Shown: positions 36,735-49,078 of the stretch, piece by piece | Layout: every line of letters starts with the position of its first letter | Numbering within the stretch: the stretch's first letter is position 1 | DNA from: Eledone cirrhosa | Lineage: Eukaryota | Assembly (NCBI GenBank): GCA_964016885.1 | Contig: OZ024744.1 | Location: 68,944,001 to 69,008,000, forward strand | Direction of reading: 5' to 3' | Length of the DNA stretch: 64,000 nt | Notes under the pieces: generated by a model | Database searches by the model: none | What the model was told of the DNA's origin: nothing | What the model saw: only the letters and a program-made list of their open reading frames with translations | Made by a program: the position numbers and the translations under genes

Positions 36735-39700
36735 AGTAGTTAGTGTATGCAATAGTTACACGTGGGGTATGCACGTGTGTCTAAAATGTTCATCCTAAAA
36801 ATCTTGTGATTGTTTCTACGCTAGTGGTAATAGAAGCCATTACCACAGGTAACGATGACACGCCCACTAAACAAACTGAAGGAGAGCGGGTAGCGGAGGC
36901 AACAAGCCTCCCTACGGAAAGAATAATGATAATTAGAAACATTGAAAAAATGGAGCCTAACCCTAATGAAAAAAATGTGAAAAAAATTGACTCGGAGAAA
37001 TTGCCAAAATTAATGGATGCCGTTTCGACTTTTCACAGTGTCACGCCCACCAGCAAAGGTGAAAGAGAAGTAGTAGCTGTGACTAGAAGTCTCTCGGATA
37101 CTGAAAATATAAGTGAACATTTTGAAAAAATGGAGTAACCCCAACGGGGAAAAAAATGTGAACGCATACACCAACATAAATAACACAAACACAACAAAAA
37201 ATGAAAATTGTAACAAAAAACAAATAAACCACATTTCGACAAATGTAAACAGAGAGGGGGCGAACAAAATGACGTTCGCGCAAAGCATAAAAAATCTATC
37301 GTGTATGGACCTATTGACATTTCGAACATGGCCCAGCAAATGGAAAATGCACGGAAGTATATAACTTTGGAGGAGAATGGTCTATTTTCTTTAAATTCTC
37401 CCCCAGAGCTAAAAAAGGAAAATAGCTTAAAAACTATTATTTATAGGACAATATCAAACAAAACCCGTAAGCCAGTACAACTCACACAGACAGAGATTGA
37501 ACTGGCGTTAAAAGATCATCTGAAAAACATTGTATTCATTCGGAAGGATAGACTCTACGGTAGTCTATCCATCCGAATGAAAGATAAATTGACGGCCGAA
37601 AAACATTCCCTGGCCCCAATTGTGTCTCCCTTATTTACCTTCTTCCCCACTTATTTGGGAAGACAAACACAAAGATTGACCATACACAGTATCGATCCAG
37701 ATATTGATTTCTGGGCAGTACTGTGTGGCCTCCTCGACTTGAAAGAGGATGCAGTAATTTCGGTAGGTAAGTCTTCCAGCAACGTGTTCGGTGGAACTAG
37801 CCTGCAAGTTCTGGCGCAAATGCAGCCAGAACGAATTGCTAGGATCCCCGACCGCATATTTCTGGATGGGCTTGCCTACTTACACATCACAGTGAAGGGT
37901 AGACGACCCGCTTGTTACCTCTGTGGTGGAAGAGGTCACCTGAGGTCTACCTGTTCCCAAGCAAACAAAAAAATACCGATTTTGCCCACACCAACAACTA
38001 TAACACTACCAACACAACCACCACCACCACCACAAAAACAACTAACACCACAAGTTAAAACACAACTGAAAACAATCCCCCCCCCCACACACACACACAG
38101 AAAACAAATACAATAACACCCACACCACAAGCACGAGCCGAAAATGAACCCCTCCCCTCGAATACGGAAGACAACCCCCTTTCGTCGTCAGACATGGGGG
38201 TGGGGACACTTTCATAAAGTTAAAAGAAAAAAAAGAAAACACACCACAGGAACACAAATACAAACAACCCCTCCCCAAGACATAACACAGGCATCAGCAC
38301 AAAAAAACACACAACAACACCAAACAAAAAACATCACCCAAAAAGAAAAATATGCATATATGTACTTACATAAATACAATAAACAAAAAACTGTTAAACG
38401 TTATTTATAATAACAACTTAATAAAAACCGAAGGTTCGAACTTCGCACAAGCAACGGGGCTTCCCCATCTAAAAATGATAAAAGCCCCAATGGACATTTA
38501 CAAAACGTTAAAAGACACTTTTAATGAGGTCGTACCCCCCCCCCCCTGCGTCAGACCCATTAACCGTATCCTCCTAAAAAATCCCCCACCCCCAGAAACC
38601 CACACAACTCCAAACACCCCAACACCACCACACACTGATGCCCCTACACTTCCACAAACCACCACCCCACCCAACAACCCATCCCCTTCACCCATGGAAA
38701 TTGTGCGGCCCGGTCCCCGGGACGCAGAGAGGTATGTGCCTTTTCTCTTTACCACCAACATGGCTGTGTTGAGAATAGGTTGTCTAAATGCGCGTGGCCT
38801 GGGCTCACCTGGAAGCAAGCAATGCTTCTAAATGACCTGAGGTCACGATGTATAAATGTGATGGTTATTTGCGAGGCCCGGATCAGCAGCGTGCGACAGC
38901 TGGCCCCCACCTTTGATGAATTTGAGATACACGCATCTCTCTGTCAGCCCGAAGGTGGGCGTGGGGTTGTCGTTCTGCTGCAAAAACATCTTGGTCTCGC
39001 TACACAGACGGTACACTTTGACCCGGAGAGTCGACTAGTGGTTCTGGACCTTGGCAGTGGTGAAGGCGGAGCTTTTAGGCTGGTCGCCGTCTACGCCCCT
39101 TTTGGGTCAACGCAGCCGGACTTCTTCCATCGTCTGGAGATTTTTCTAGGGACGTCCGGCTCCTTGTTTTAGAGGTTGGCGCTTGTTGTGGGCAACCTGG
39201 TGGGAGATGCGCAGACATACGCCATCCCCTCCAGGTCCATTCACGACAACCTCCATCTCATGCGATACATCATAGAGAGGGTTGGGAAAGAACCCGGCTT
39301 TGGGGGCCCTGATCAATTTGGATCAATCTAAGGCGTTCGATAGGGTCGACCATCGTTACCTGGATGCGGTGCTAGTGGCGGCAGGTTTCGGACCCGTTTT
39401 CAGGGGCTGGATCACTGCCATGCACAGCAGCCGCATCTGCTCTAGGGTCAAGGTGAACGGCTACTTCTCGGAGCCGTTCGAAATCACGCGGTCTATCCGA
39501 CAGGGATGCCCTCTCTCCTCCCTTCTGTATGTATTGGCCCTAGAGCCACTGCTGCGGAAGTTGGAGTTGTTACAGGACATCCCTTTGGAACCGGGATTGC
39601 GGAAAGCGGTGTCGACCTACGCCGATGACGTGACAGTAATGTTTTCAACCGCCTCGGAAATAGGGGTCATCGGCACCTTACTGGAGGTATACGAAACGTT

Positions 39701-41191
39701 TACAGGGGCTAAGCTGAACCGGGACAAGTCAGTCGGTTTGCAACTCGGCGAGTGGAGGGGCATACCGATGGCCTCCAACGGAGTCGTCGGACGTTGTACG
39801 GAGGGTCCGGTGAAGTTGCTCGGGGTCTGGTTCGGGCCAGACCTCCAGATAGAGACGAACTGGGTGTTTGCGCTGACGCGGAAGTGGGCTGAGTGTAAAC
39901 TATCCCTGAAAGGTCGGGTAGGGGTGGCGAACGCTTATATAGCGTCCGTCATCTATTACCGCCGGTCACTCGTGCCTTGCCCAAGGGAAACGCTCACCAA
40001 AATGGAGCGCGCACTCTTCCAATTCCTTTGGAAGAAGCGGGCTCCTTTGGTGAGGAGATCCATCTGCTGTCAACACCCTTCGAAAGGAAGGCTGGGGATG
40101 ACGTGGCTGCTGATGCGTAAACACGCATTAAGGCTACGGCACCTCCAGGTATTCCTCACCGGTCAACCGGTGCGGGCCCCGTTTGTGAGGCGAGCCTTTC
40201 CAAGACTCGTCTCGCTCACCGAGCTGCAGTTCTGGGTCAAGCAAAGACCGAGAAAACTGGGCGCCTGGCACACCGAGTGTGCCCAGGCTCACGGCTCTCT
40301 GGCAGGCGGACCCGGCTATCGGTGGAGACTCCACCTCGTCATTCTATAGAAGGCTGGAGGTTAGTAGGTGCGACGACGCCCTCGGACAAGCCCTAGGCAT
40401 GGAGGAAGACGAACTGGCCAGCCTATTCGGGAAGACATTTGGCCCGGGACCTATAGCAGTGCTACCGAGGGGCGCTGCCCGTTCGAGAAAAGCTCTACAG
40501 ACACGGGCGCCCGGGTAGAGACCCCTCGAAAAAAATCTGTCCCAGATGCATGCGCGACGAGGAAACCGTTGCACACGCATTGGTACACTGCTCGGGCGTT
40601 GCCGATCTGTGGGGCTATGTCGAACGACTGCTGTCACGGGTGGGACCAATCCGGTTGACCACTGAGTCCATTGTAACGATCAAGCCGCCTACCCCCTTCA
40701 AAAATGAAGGAGAGATGGTCTTCCTCTGTGTAATAGCCATGGTGAAAGAGGTGGTATGGTGGACACGTTTGAAAGGGCTGAGGTCGGACACCTTTCTCTC
40801 CGGCCAACAACTGGTCCTTTTCTTTAAATACCATTTTAAGAGAAGGATCAGAATGGAGAGAGGGGTGCTCTACCCCAGTAAGTTTTATGAAAGGTGGGTG
40901 AAAGTAGCGAGAATGGCCCGTGTGAATGGGCCTTCTCTCTTTATCAGCCTGTAGGTGGAAAGGTGGAAGTTCAAAGGAGCACCCCCTCTCTGTGCTCCTA
41001 AGGAAAAGGGTTGCACACTTTTTTTTTTGGGGGGGGGGGGGTGTAACCCCCAAAACGCCTCCTCCCTATTGAGGACTGTATTGTTAATTTTATATTTGTT
41101 ATTTGTTTTTTACTCATTCCTTTAAGTAAACCCCCCCCCCCCCTTGTATTTGTCGCCTTCTTTTGTGCCCTCGTGGCAAATAAATAGAAAC

Positions 41192-41226
<35 letters not shown>
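36735..41226 (+). mobile_element. Tx1-type LINE with ORF1 (CCHC knuckle) and internally deleted ORF2; (TATC)n tail
   Basis: CYLCGGRGHLRSTC in ORF1; IGCLNARGL and VYAP (APE); a deletion near 39170 joins APE to RT (LDQSKAFD, IRQGCPLS, YADD); 5' boundary approximate. Confidence 0.92.
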
Positions 41227-41489
41227 ACAATATCTGATCGATTTCTATTCTATTTGGGATTACGCTACCGCCACCGCATAACTCTCTGCCTTCTGCCTAT
41301 GTAAAGATTACATACATAGTCGGTAAAATCAAGGACCTCACAAGGCTCGAATATCAGATTTGTAATAAATGTCATTTGTATGCATCTAGATCAATTAAAT
41401 GATTACTGATACAGTAAATTGCATTTGTATGTCTAATTCAAATATGCTGTGTCTAACCCATGCTGCCTCAGCCTGAGTGTGTGTCCGTG

Positions 41490-41601
<112 letters not shown>

Positions 41602-41653
41602 TTATATATATATGAATGAAAAATGGCGTGCTGCGTTGTTGCGAATGTGATAC

Positions 41654-42179
41654 ATATGAATGAAAAATAGAGCAAGAAACAGGCCTGTCCATCATCAGTG
41701 GTCTTCTGACTATCATCGATATTTCATCGCATTAAAGACCAGATACCTCAAAGTCAGTGCGAACAATAACTAAAATAAGTTATTGGGACACAAAGAATGG
41801 GTGGAGAAATAAAGGCAGTAAACAAACAAAAATGGTAATGCAACGTAAAGAGAGGAAATTGAGAAAACAAGTCAATGATACATGTGAACTTAAGTTCTAG
41901 CAAATCAATGACGAGAAGACGACAGACGCGTCCGAACCCTGCGAAAGTGAGCGAGAAAAGGATTTCACACAGGTCAGACTCTCTTTATGTTGCATCACCC
42001 TTTTTGTTTGTTTACTGTCTCTATTTCTCCACCCATTATTTGTGTCCCAATAACGTATTTTAGTTATTGCTCGCACTGACTTTGAGGTATCTGGTCTTTA
42101 ATGCGAAGAAATACCGATGATAATCAGAAGATCACTGATGATGGACAGTCCTGTTTCTTGCTCTATTTTTCATTTATAT
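41654..42179. repeat. Fold-back element with ~200 bp arms and a ~125 bp spacer
   Basis: 41654-41854 is inverted at 41979-42179. Confidence 0.92.
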
Positions 42180-42776
42180 ATATATATACATATATATACA
42201 CACCGGGTCCGAACACAATGGAACGAAAGTGCCACAGTGACAGCCTCTGTCTCTCCCGATCTCTCCATCTCTCACTATTATAAGCAAATGGGGTCCACGA
42301 CCCCAGTGGACAGAATAGAGAAGGCGTTTCCCCGGAGGATGAAGGAGACGCGCTAGAAGAGCCATTCCAGCTCGTGAGGCTTACACCTGCGGATAGCCAA
42401 CTCTAGGTCGATGGTGATGAGTTGGGTTGTGGCCTTAGGGCCAAGGACACCAGAAGTTTCCAATGTTATGGAATATAATCATATAAGTAATAAATGTTTT
42501 AACCTTCACTAAATGGGTAATGGAATGCACTTGATTAAAAGGGATAAACTCGTTTAGTCGGCTTTTCTCATATTTTGGAAAACTCTTCAGAGACCGCGAG
42601 CACACGTGTCTCGTCGCCGGAGATATTTTATTTATAGATGCTACAATTAAGGAATTCAATAAACCGGGAAATTTGATGTGTATAAATAGTGTTTTTTACA
42701 GGCAACTAGATCAATTAATTAATTATTGATTACGTTAGACAGCGGGTATTTAGATAATGGAAATATATATATTTAG

Positions 42777-42821
42777 ACTACGCTGATGATCCGAAAAAGG
42801 AGAAACAATTGTTCTCGGTAG
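42777..42821 (+). ncRNA. Hammerhead motif with a degenerate stem I
   Basis: CTACG CTGATGA TCC-GAAAAA-GGA GAAAC AATT GTT C..GTAG. Confidence 0.6.
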
Positions 42822-42898
42822 GGTGAACTAACTATTGTGAAACTACTTCTACCAAACTCGTCCCATGGATTAAGAGCTGGTGTTGTTTTTTCGACGAC

Positions 42899-42958
42899 TG
42901 GCCCTGAAGAGCTCAGGCTATTATAACTGATAGTCTTCAGTGAAATATGTATAAGGGA
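42899..42958 (+). ncRNA. Possible hammerhead motif
   Basis: CTGAAGA GCT..GGCTAT..ATAGTC..AGT GAAA TATGTA TA; weak stem I and a competing CTGAAGA/TCTTCAG pairing. Confidence 0.4.
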
Positions 42959-43123
42959 GTTTTAAATAAGCCCGAATCAACTGAATATGGCCTCCGATCT
43001 TTTATTAATATATAATGCTCCGACTTTCACCATTTATACAGGTCGTTGAGCGCTTCTTTTTATCTGTTTCACAACCAACAGACTATAATGTAGTCCGCAC
43101 ATCTCTGTTCGGTTAACCCCATA

Positions 43124-43219
<96 letters not shown>

Positions 43220-43233
43220 GTACACACACACAT

Positions 43234-43271
<38 letters not shown>

Positions 43272-43418
43272 AGGAGTTGACGGACCCAGCATATTTGTCA
43301 ATGCCAGGACCGGTTGTATCTCAACGTACTCAATAAGCAATGTAAGATACATTCCCAGAGTATACGCATAGTTATTCGCTTCAATACAATACACGTAAAA
43401 CGGGTGCCTATAGTAGTT

Positions 43419-43529
43419 CCCGGACTCGAGTTTCGGCCAAACTTAATGCAGCAGTAAGATGCACTGAACCCTATGTCTGCATATATTATGCAACAATGCA
43501 TAATCGGCGTATGTGCCTTCATCAGCGGG
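43419..43529 (-). ncRNA. Hammerhead motif with a ~80 nt stem II domain
   Basis: Reverse strand reads CCCG CTGATGA A GGC...GCC GAAAC TCGA GTC CGGG. Confidence 0.8.
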
Positions 43530-44082
43530 TATCGCCTAATCAATAACCAATCGATCGACATAATCCAAACCCCAGTCCATGCCGGCTATGACTGTTTGTG
43601 ACAGCCGACACAATAAAGTGATTAGCAACTGGAATCGGATACAATTCTGTCCCTCGACTAGCCACCGATTTACAAACTTTACGTGGTGGCGGGAGATTAG
43701 AAAACAAATATTTTTGTTCCCGTCATAAGCATTCAGCCAACGTGTCTCAAACACAAATTAATAAGAGGTGAAAAGATGGTTATTAGAAAGAGCAGTCCCA
43801 CATCGATGTATAATAGAATGGTAGCATTCAGCTCATGACTCCAAGTCCCATGGCTAGAGGAAAGCGATAGTAAAAATGGTAGTACCAAGAACTTTTAAGG
43901 GTCATTAAATACGATTATCTATTATAGAGCGATATATAGTAGCGAGCTGGAATGCGGCAGCCGCGTGCGTAAACCAGTCTATTTCACAACTTAAAAGAGT
44001 GAGAGATAAAATTCATAGCAGGAATTAGAGCGCATATCAAAACAAAAACACAATATATATAATATATAAAAAAAAAAACACA

Positions 44083-44182
<100 letters not shown>

Positions 44183-44429
44183 GTGTGTGTGCGAATACAA
44201 TGTAAATATCGACATATAAAAATATCGACTCGTTGACCAATAACCCCTCTATGCATATTAAGCGCTAAAAAAAACCCAAGCAGAGGGCAATCACTTATAT
44301 ATAGTTATAGGACAACAATTTGAACATGTTGCATAAAAAACACATAAAACCTATTCTCAATTAGAATAATGAAATACTGTATTAGATTATATTAGCAATA
44401 TATAGTTCTAATAACAATAGCTGTATCTG

Positions 44430-44502
44430 GTTCTGAAGAAATACAATAATCACCACAATTTAATGGATAATTGTTAATGTTAAGATTGAAACTTTCGTCA
44501 GT
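44430..44502 (+). ncRNA. Possible hammerhead motif with an extended stem II
   Basis: GTT CTGAAGA AAT..ACAAT..ATTGT..ATT GAAAC TTTC GTC AGT; weak stem I. Confidence 0.5.
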
Positions 44503-44876
44503 GAGCTAATCTTAATTACTCAATTAATTATACAATTCAGTTTTAATCGCGACATAAACTAACGTTTTGAATGCTGGGTGACCTGGCATAAACTGTTTCA
44601 GTCTTGGATAGTAGGAGGCATGGGGGATGCTGAAAATATCTCCTCTCTAACCGTGAAGCATTATATAGATATAAGTATGTATACGTACATACATATATGT
44701 ATACAGAGGTACAGTAGTATGTATATATATACATACATGCACACATATATATATATGTACGTATGGGTTTACCGAACATTTATTATAATGCTCGGTGTGT
44801 TTGTAAACAAACATCCCGTATTAAGCCGTAGTGTCTAGCAACCATCGTTGCTCGTTTGTTCAACACTGTCAAAGGA

Positions 44877-44919
44877 ACGATGTACTAGTTTCAAGCTTAT
44901 TAGCTATCGTCAGCATCGT
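44877..44919 (-). ncRNA. Minimal hammerhead ribozyme motif
   Basis: Reverse strand reads ACGATG CTGACGA T AGCT-AATA-AGCT T GAAAC TA GTA CATCGT. Confidence 0.85.
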
Positions 44920-45056
44920 ATACCTTCCTGCCAGATGATTGAACGTCTGAAAGTATATACTTTCCTTATGCATATTAACGGCTGAGCAGCCTAATTTGCA
45001 TATCGAGTGAGTTAATCGCCCGGACGCACCGAAAACGATAAATGGGAAAAATTATA

Positions 45057-45316
45057 TAGAGTTACGGCCGTTTACGATCTGAGTTCAAATCCCACTGAGG
45101 TTAACTTTGCCTTTCATCCTTACGGGGTCGATAAAATAAAGTACCAGTAATGTACTTGTATAATTGCTGGCCTTGTGCCAAAAGTAGAAACAATTATATA
45201 TATATTTATATAACCGGTGGATTGGCAGCATCGGCAGACGGTCGGACGCCATGCTTTCCTACTTAGAGTCACGTCCATTTACGGTCTGAGTTCAAATCCC
45301 GCCGAGGTTAACTTTG
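45057..45316 (+). mobile_element. Two tandem partial tRNA-derived SINEs
   Basis: Family core at 45057-45195; head at 45216-45316. Confidence 0.85.
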
Positions 45317-45479
45317 GTAATGGATATAATTATATTGTGTTGTTTATTATGTAATTAAATAGCTCTGTACTATACATAGAGCACTCTTCTTTCCTTTACC
45401 TTTTCTACGGAAATAAATAACACACACACCACACATATATATATATATAGTATTGGTATTCTGAAATAGCGATGTATAC

Positions 45480-45829
45480 ATGAATGCATGTATAGTATAT
45501 TTGGCAATATACTGTATGTTTGATTAAAACATTTTGACGGAAGACCGTTCGCTATGAGTTTTAAAGTAGTGACTATGTCACCCTCTTATTCTCGGCAAAA
45601 GCAAAGAAGAGTGATCGACAGCTTCTATAACTCTCGGCGGAAGGAAGGAAGTGAGTGGTCTTGAGAAACGCTAACGAGCGAGAAACAGGACTGCCGATCG
45701 CTCATCTTTATTTTTGCCGAGAATAAGTAAGTGACATAGCCACTACTTTAAAACTCATAGCGAATGGTCTTCTAAATGTTTTTAATTAAACATAGAGTAT
45801 ATTGCCAAATATACTATACATACATTCAT
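45480..45829. repeat. Fold-back element with ~140 bp arms
   Basis: 45480-45622 is inverted at 45691-45829. Confidence 0.92.
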
Positions 45830-45989
45830 ATGTGTGTGTGTGTGTGTATAAACATAATATATTTATGTATATATACCTAAATATATATGCAAGTCAGCAT
45901 AAATATACTATATATTTAAAAGCCCTTTATATTCAAGGTGTGTATGTAGAGTATATGCACTCATATGCGTATGTCTGTTCTTGCCTCTT

Positions 45990-46277
45990 ACGAATATTTG
46001 AAGTTCTGTTAACTTAAACTTAATAACTTCACCGTATGTTAACACCTTTAATGCCTGTCTCCCTGGTGGCGTTGTCCAATCATTTTCGTCTCCAGGAGCT
46101 TATATCCCCAACTTGTTGGACTGTTTTTCATAGTCAAAAACGTACTATGAAAAATAGTCCAACAAGTTGGGGATATAAGACGAAAATAATTGGACAACGC
46201 CACCAGGGAGACGGGTAGTAAAGGTGCTAACATGTTCATGCTATTAACTTGAAGTTCACATAAATTCTAAAATTCGT
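45990..46277. repeat. Fold-back/MITE-like palindrome with a near-perfect core at 46036-46233
   Basis: TCTCCCTGGTGGCGTTGTCCAAT...TATATCCCCAACTTGTTGGACT and its reverse complement around a ~9 nt loop. Confidence 0.93.
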
Positions 46278-46355
46278 GTATTACTCACACGTATGTGTGT
46301 TTATATGTATATATATACAGTTGAAAATTGCAAACTTCACTGTCACCACACAATA

Positions 46356-46394
46356 TGAACCTGAAGATTGCGAAAGCATGAAAGTACTTGTTCA
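46356..46394 (+). ncRNA. Minimal hammerhead ribozyme motif
   Basis: TGAAC CTGAAGA T TGC-GAAA-GCA T GAAA GTAC T T GTTCA; palindromic AGTACT stem III. Confidence 0.8.
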
Positions 46395-46570
46395 ATTAAC
46401 ACTTAACACTTAATATTCTACCATACTATTTCATTATAATATCATTATAATTTTAAAGGATTGTAAATAAAACGAGTAAATCAGACAAAGTTGGAATTCC
46501 TTTTATTAATACAATCTTCTATACACAATCATACACACCCGTGTATATTTATATATATTTATATATTTTA

Positions 46571-46624
<54 letters not shown>

Positions 46625-46690
46625 TAGAAACTCAAAATAGTCTCTTACAATTAAATAGCTCAAGGAAAGAGGTTTTTCTGAGCCGTGTAA

Positions 46691-46875
46691 TATAATTGAA
46701 TATAAAAGAGAGATAAACACAGATATAAAAATATGTGTTCAAATCGTAAGGGACCAGATTCGCTAGGGTGAAAAAATACTAACTAAAAAAATACTAACTA
46801 TGTTCAACGGTCCCTTACGATTTGAACACATATATGTTTATATCTGTGTTTATCTCTCTTTTATATACAATTATA
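46691..46875. repeat. Fold-back element with ~65 bp arms
   Basis: 46691-46755 is inverted at 46809-46875. Confidence 0.9.
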
Positions 46876-46899
46876 TGTGTATACATATATATAACTTTG

Positions 46900-47399
46900 G
46901 CGTCTGTGGTTGCGAACGATGTCCCTTTCATCATTGTTCGGAACTTATCGTGCATGTGTACATGCAAATTGGTGCAGGAGCTGCATATGCTGCGCTGTTG
47001 GCTGCAGTTGTCCGGTGGAGATTTTTTTTCGGTTCAGGGTGGGAATTGCTTGTTCTGTAGCCGGGTGTCTTTGAGAGCCACTACTTCGGTGTTAGTGATC
47101 GAATGTCTGCAGGTACGGTCAGAAACCAAATCCTTCCACTGAGCTTGAATAAAACATGAACAATTTGATCAATTGTGTCGGTTGATCGCAGTACATTTTC
47201 TTCCTCTGGTCGCCCTACCACCCTGTTGACGTGTCCCTGACCACAGCCGAGACTAGAATATTGTTTGTGGTGATGCAAGTGCCTGGCATACGTATGTACT
47301 GGATGACTGATCCAATTCAATCAATATTCTGTCACGCCTCATGATTTTGAGCATTTGCCATAGCTTTCACTTGTGCAAATTTTCGAGATAATTTATACT

Positions 47400-47400
<1 letters not shown>
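46900..47400 (-). mobile_element. Decayed Tc1/mariner 5' fragment
   Basis: CAGT terminus at 47400 on minus; GRP remnant; TAQHMQLLHQFACTHAR resembles the Tc1 LT..H...R..FA..H..W segment. Confidence 0.5.
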
Positions 47401-47492
<92 letters not shown>

Positions 47493-47956
47493 AAGTGTGT
47501 ATGTCTGTGTGTGTGTGTGTGATTTTTTGTGTCTGAGTTGGTGTATATGTGTGTGTGTGTCTGTGTATATGTGTGTGTGTCTGTCTGTGTGTGTGTGTCT
47601 GTCTGAGTGTGTGTGTGTGTTTTATAGGTGTGTACATTTGCCCATAAGGGGATATAATCACGTGTATTAATGATGTGTACTATTATATATCTATAGTTTA
47701 ATACCACGATGACCTGCAAATATGACGAGAATTTTGTAGATGGAGTATATCAATCATTATACGATATGTTGACACATTAAATTCTATGGGAAATGCATTG
47801 GAATGAAGACGTGTAATGCAAATTTGATGATGAAAGTCAAGTAAACTATAGAAGGTTACTAGACAAGATTGGGATTGATTTTGTCAGTTGATGTTACTTA
47901 ACATACCATAATACTCTAGAAAATGTCTGACTTCTTACATTACCGCGTAAAACAAA

Positions 47957-48151
47957 TACCTGTCAACTCTCCCCGTCCGACGTGGAGATCTTCCCTCCAA
48001 TTTGGGGTGGGTGAGAGATGTCTTCTTTCGTGAAAATGGGTATAGCTTTTATTATGTAAAATCTCCCCATTTTGCCTCATTTCTCCCCATTTTCGGGGCA
48101 TTTTTTTGCCATGGTACGCTCCGTTTGGGTTTTTAGAGGTTAGCAGGTCTA
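47957..48151. mobile_element. Possible MITE
   Basis: Imperfect TIRs ACCTGTCAACTCT / AGAGGTTAGCAGGT. Confidence 0.4.
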
Positions 48152-48339
48152 CATATATATTACAACGTTGTAGAGTACATTAGCGCTGGTATTGTTGTGT
48201 GGTTAAAGAGTTCGCTCGTCCTCACTCTCCTCGTTCTGCATCTTTCTCCCTTTCTCTCTTTATTTGAAGACAAAGACAGCCGAGTTGTAGATCTTACGAA
48301 TGCCCATGACCAGTCCCTGTCCAACAGGTTTAATATCGG

Positions 48340-48512
48340 AGGGAAATCGATTAAATCGACCCCAGTACATTACTGGTACTTTATTTTATCCACTCCGTTA
48401 GATGAAAGGTAAAGTTAACCTCGACGGGATTTGAACTCAGACAGTAAAGGGGCCTAACTCTATGCTACAAAGCATGGCATCCGACCCTCTACCGATACTG
48501 CTAATCCACCGC
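48340..48512 (-). mobile_element. tRNA-derived SINE
   Basis: Family core. Confidence 0.85.
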
Positions 48513-48559
48513 TGTATACTTTCTAAGATAATAAGTATGACTTTTCTGTTGGTTGTTAA

Positions 48560-49078
48560 GCTTGCAGAATCATGTTTAATGACGAGTTTATATGGGTTAA
48601 ACATTCTGAACCAGAAGATTCTTTTGATGTCTCTATGGCGTCGTGTGACAGTGCTGATGTGTGTGAACTGGTTGGATTATATTTTCTCTTAAGAAAATTC
48701 TCTAACTACACTGTAGACTTATATAGAGATGATTACCTATCTTTATCACACAATTGTGATGGCAATACCTAGATAAGTTCCGCATAGATGTTTTAGAAAC
48801 CTTTCGTAACCTAGGACTAAAGATTAGCTTAGACACTAACCTCCCTAAAGATAATTTCCCAGATGTAATCTTAGACCTTACTACAAGTTCTTATTAGAAC
48901 CTTCATAGACCTAAAAAAAAACTCAAACACGTGAAGATAGATTCCTGATACCCTATGTCGTTTTTAATAATCAAGTCCCTATTATTAGTCATGTAATACT
49001 AGGCAACATATAATAGGAAACATCGGATAAGGCCGCCCCTTACTACAAGGCCCTCATAGAAAGCGGATTCAAATTATC
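48560..49078 (+). pseudogene. Decayed Penelope (Neptune-type) RT fragment
   Basis: WVK...FDVSMASCDSADVCELVGLY, LYRDD, NFPDVILDL, YYKALIESGF. Confidence 0.85.

Noticed and set aside
46059-46212. CTCF-like CGCCACCAGGGAG pair
   Set aside because: Partial motif match inside a palindromic repeat; binding cannot be supported from sequence alone
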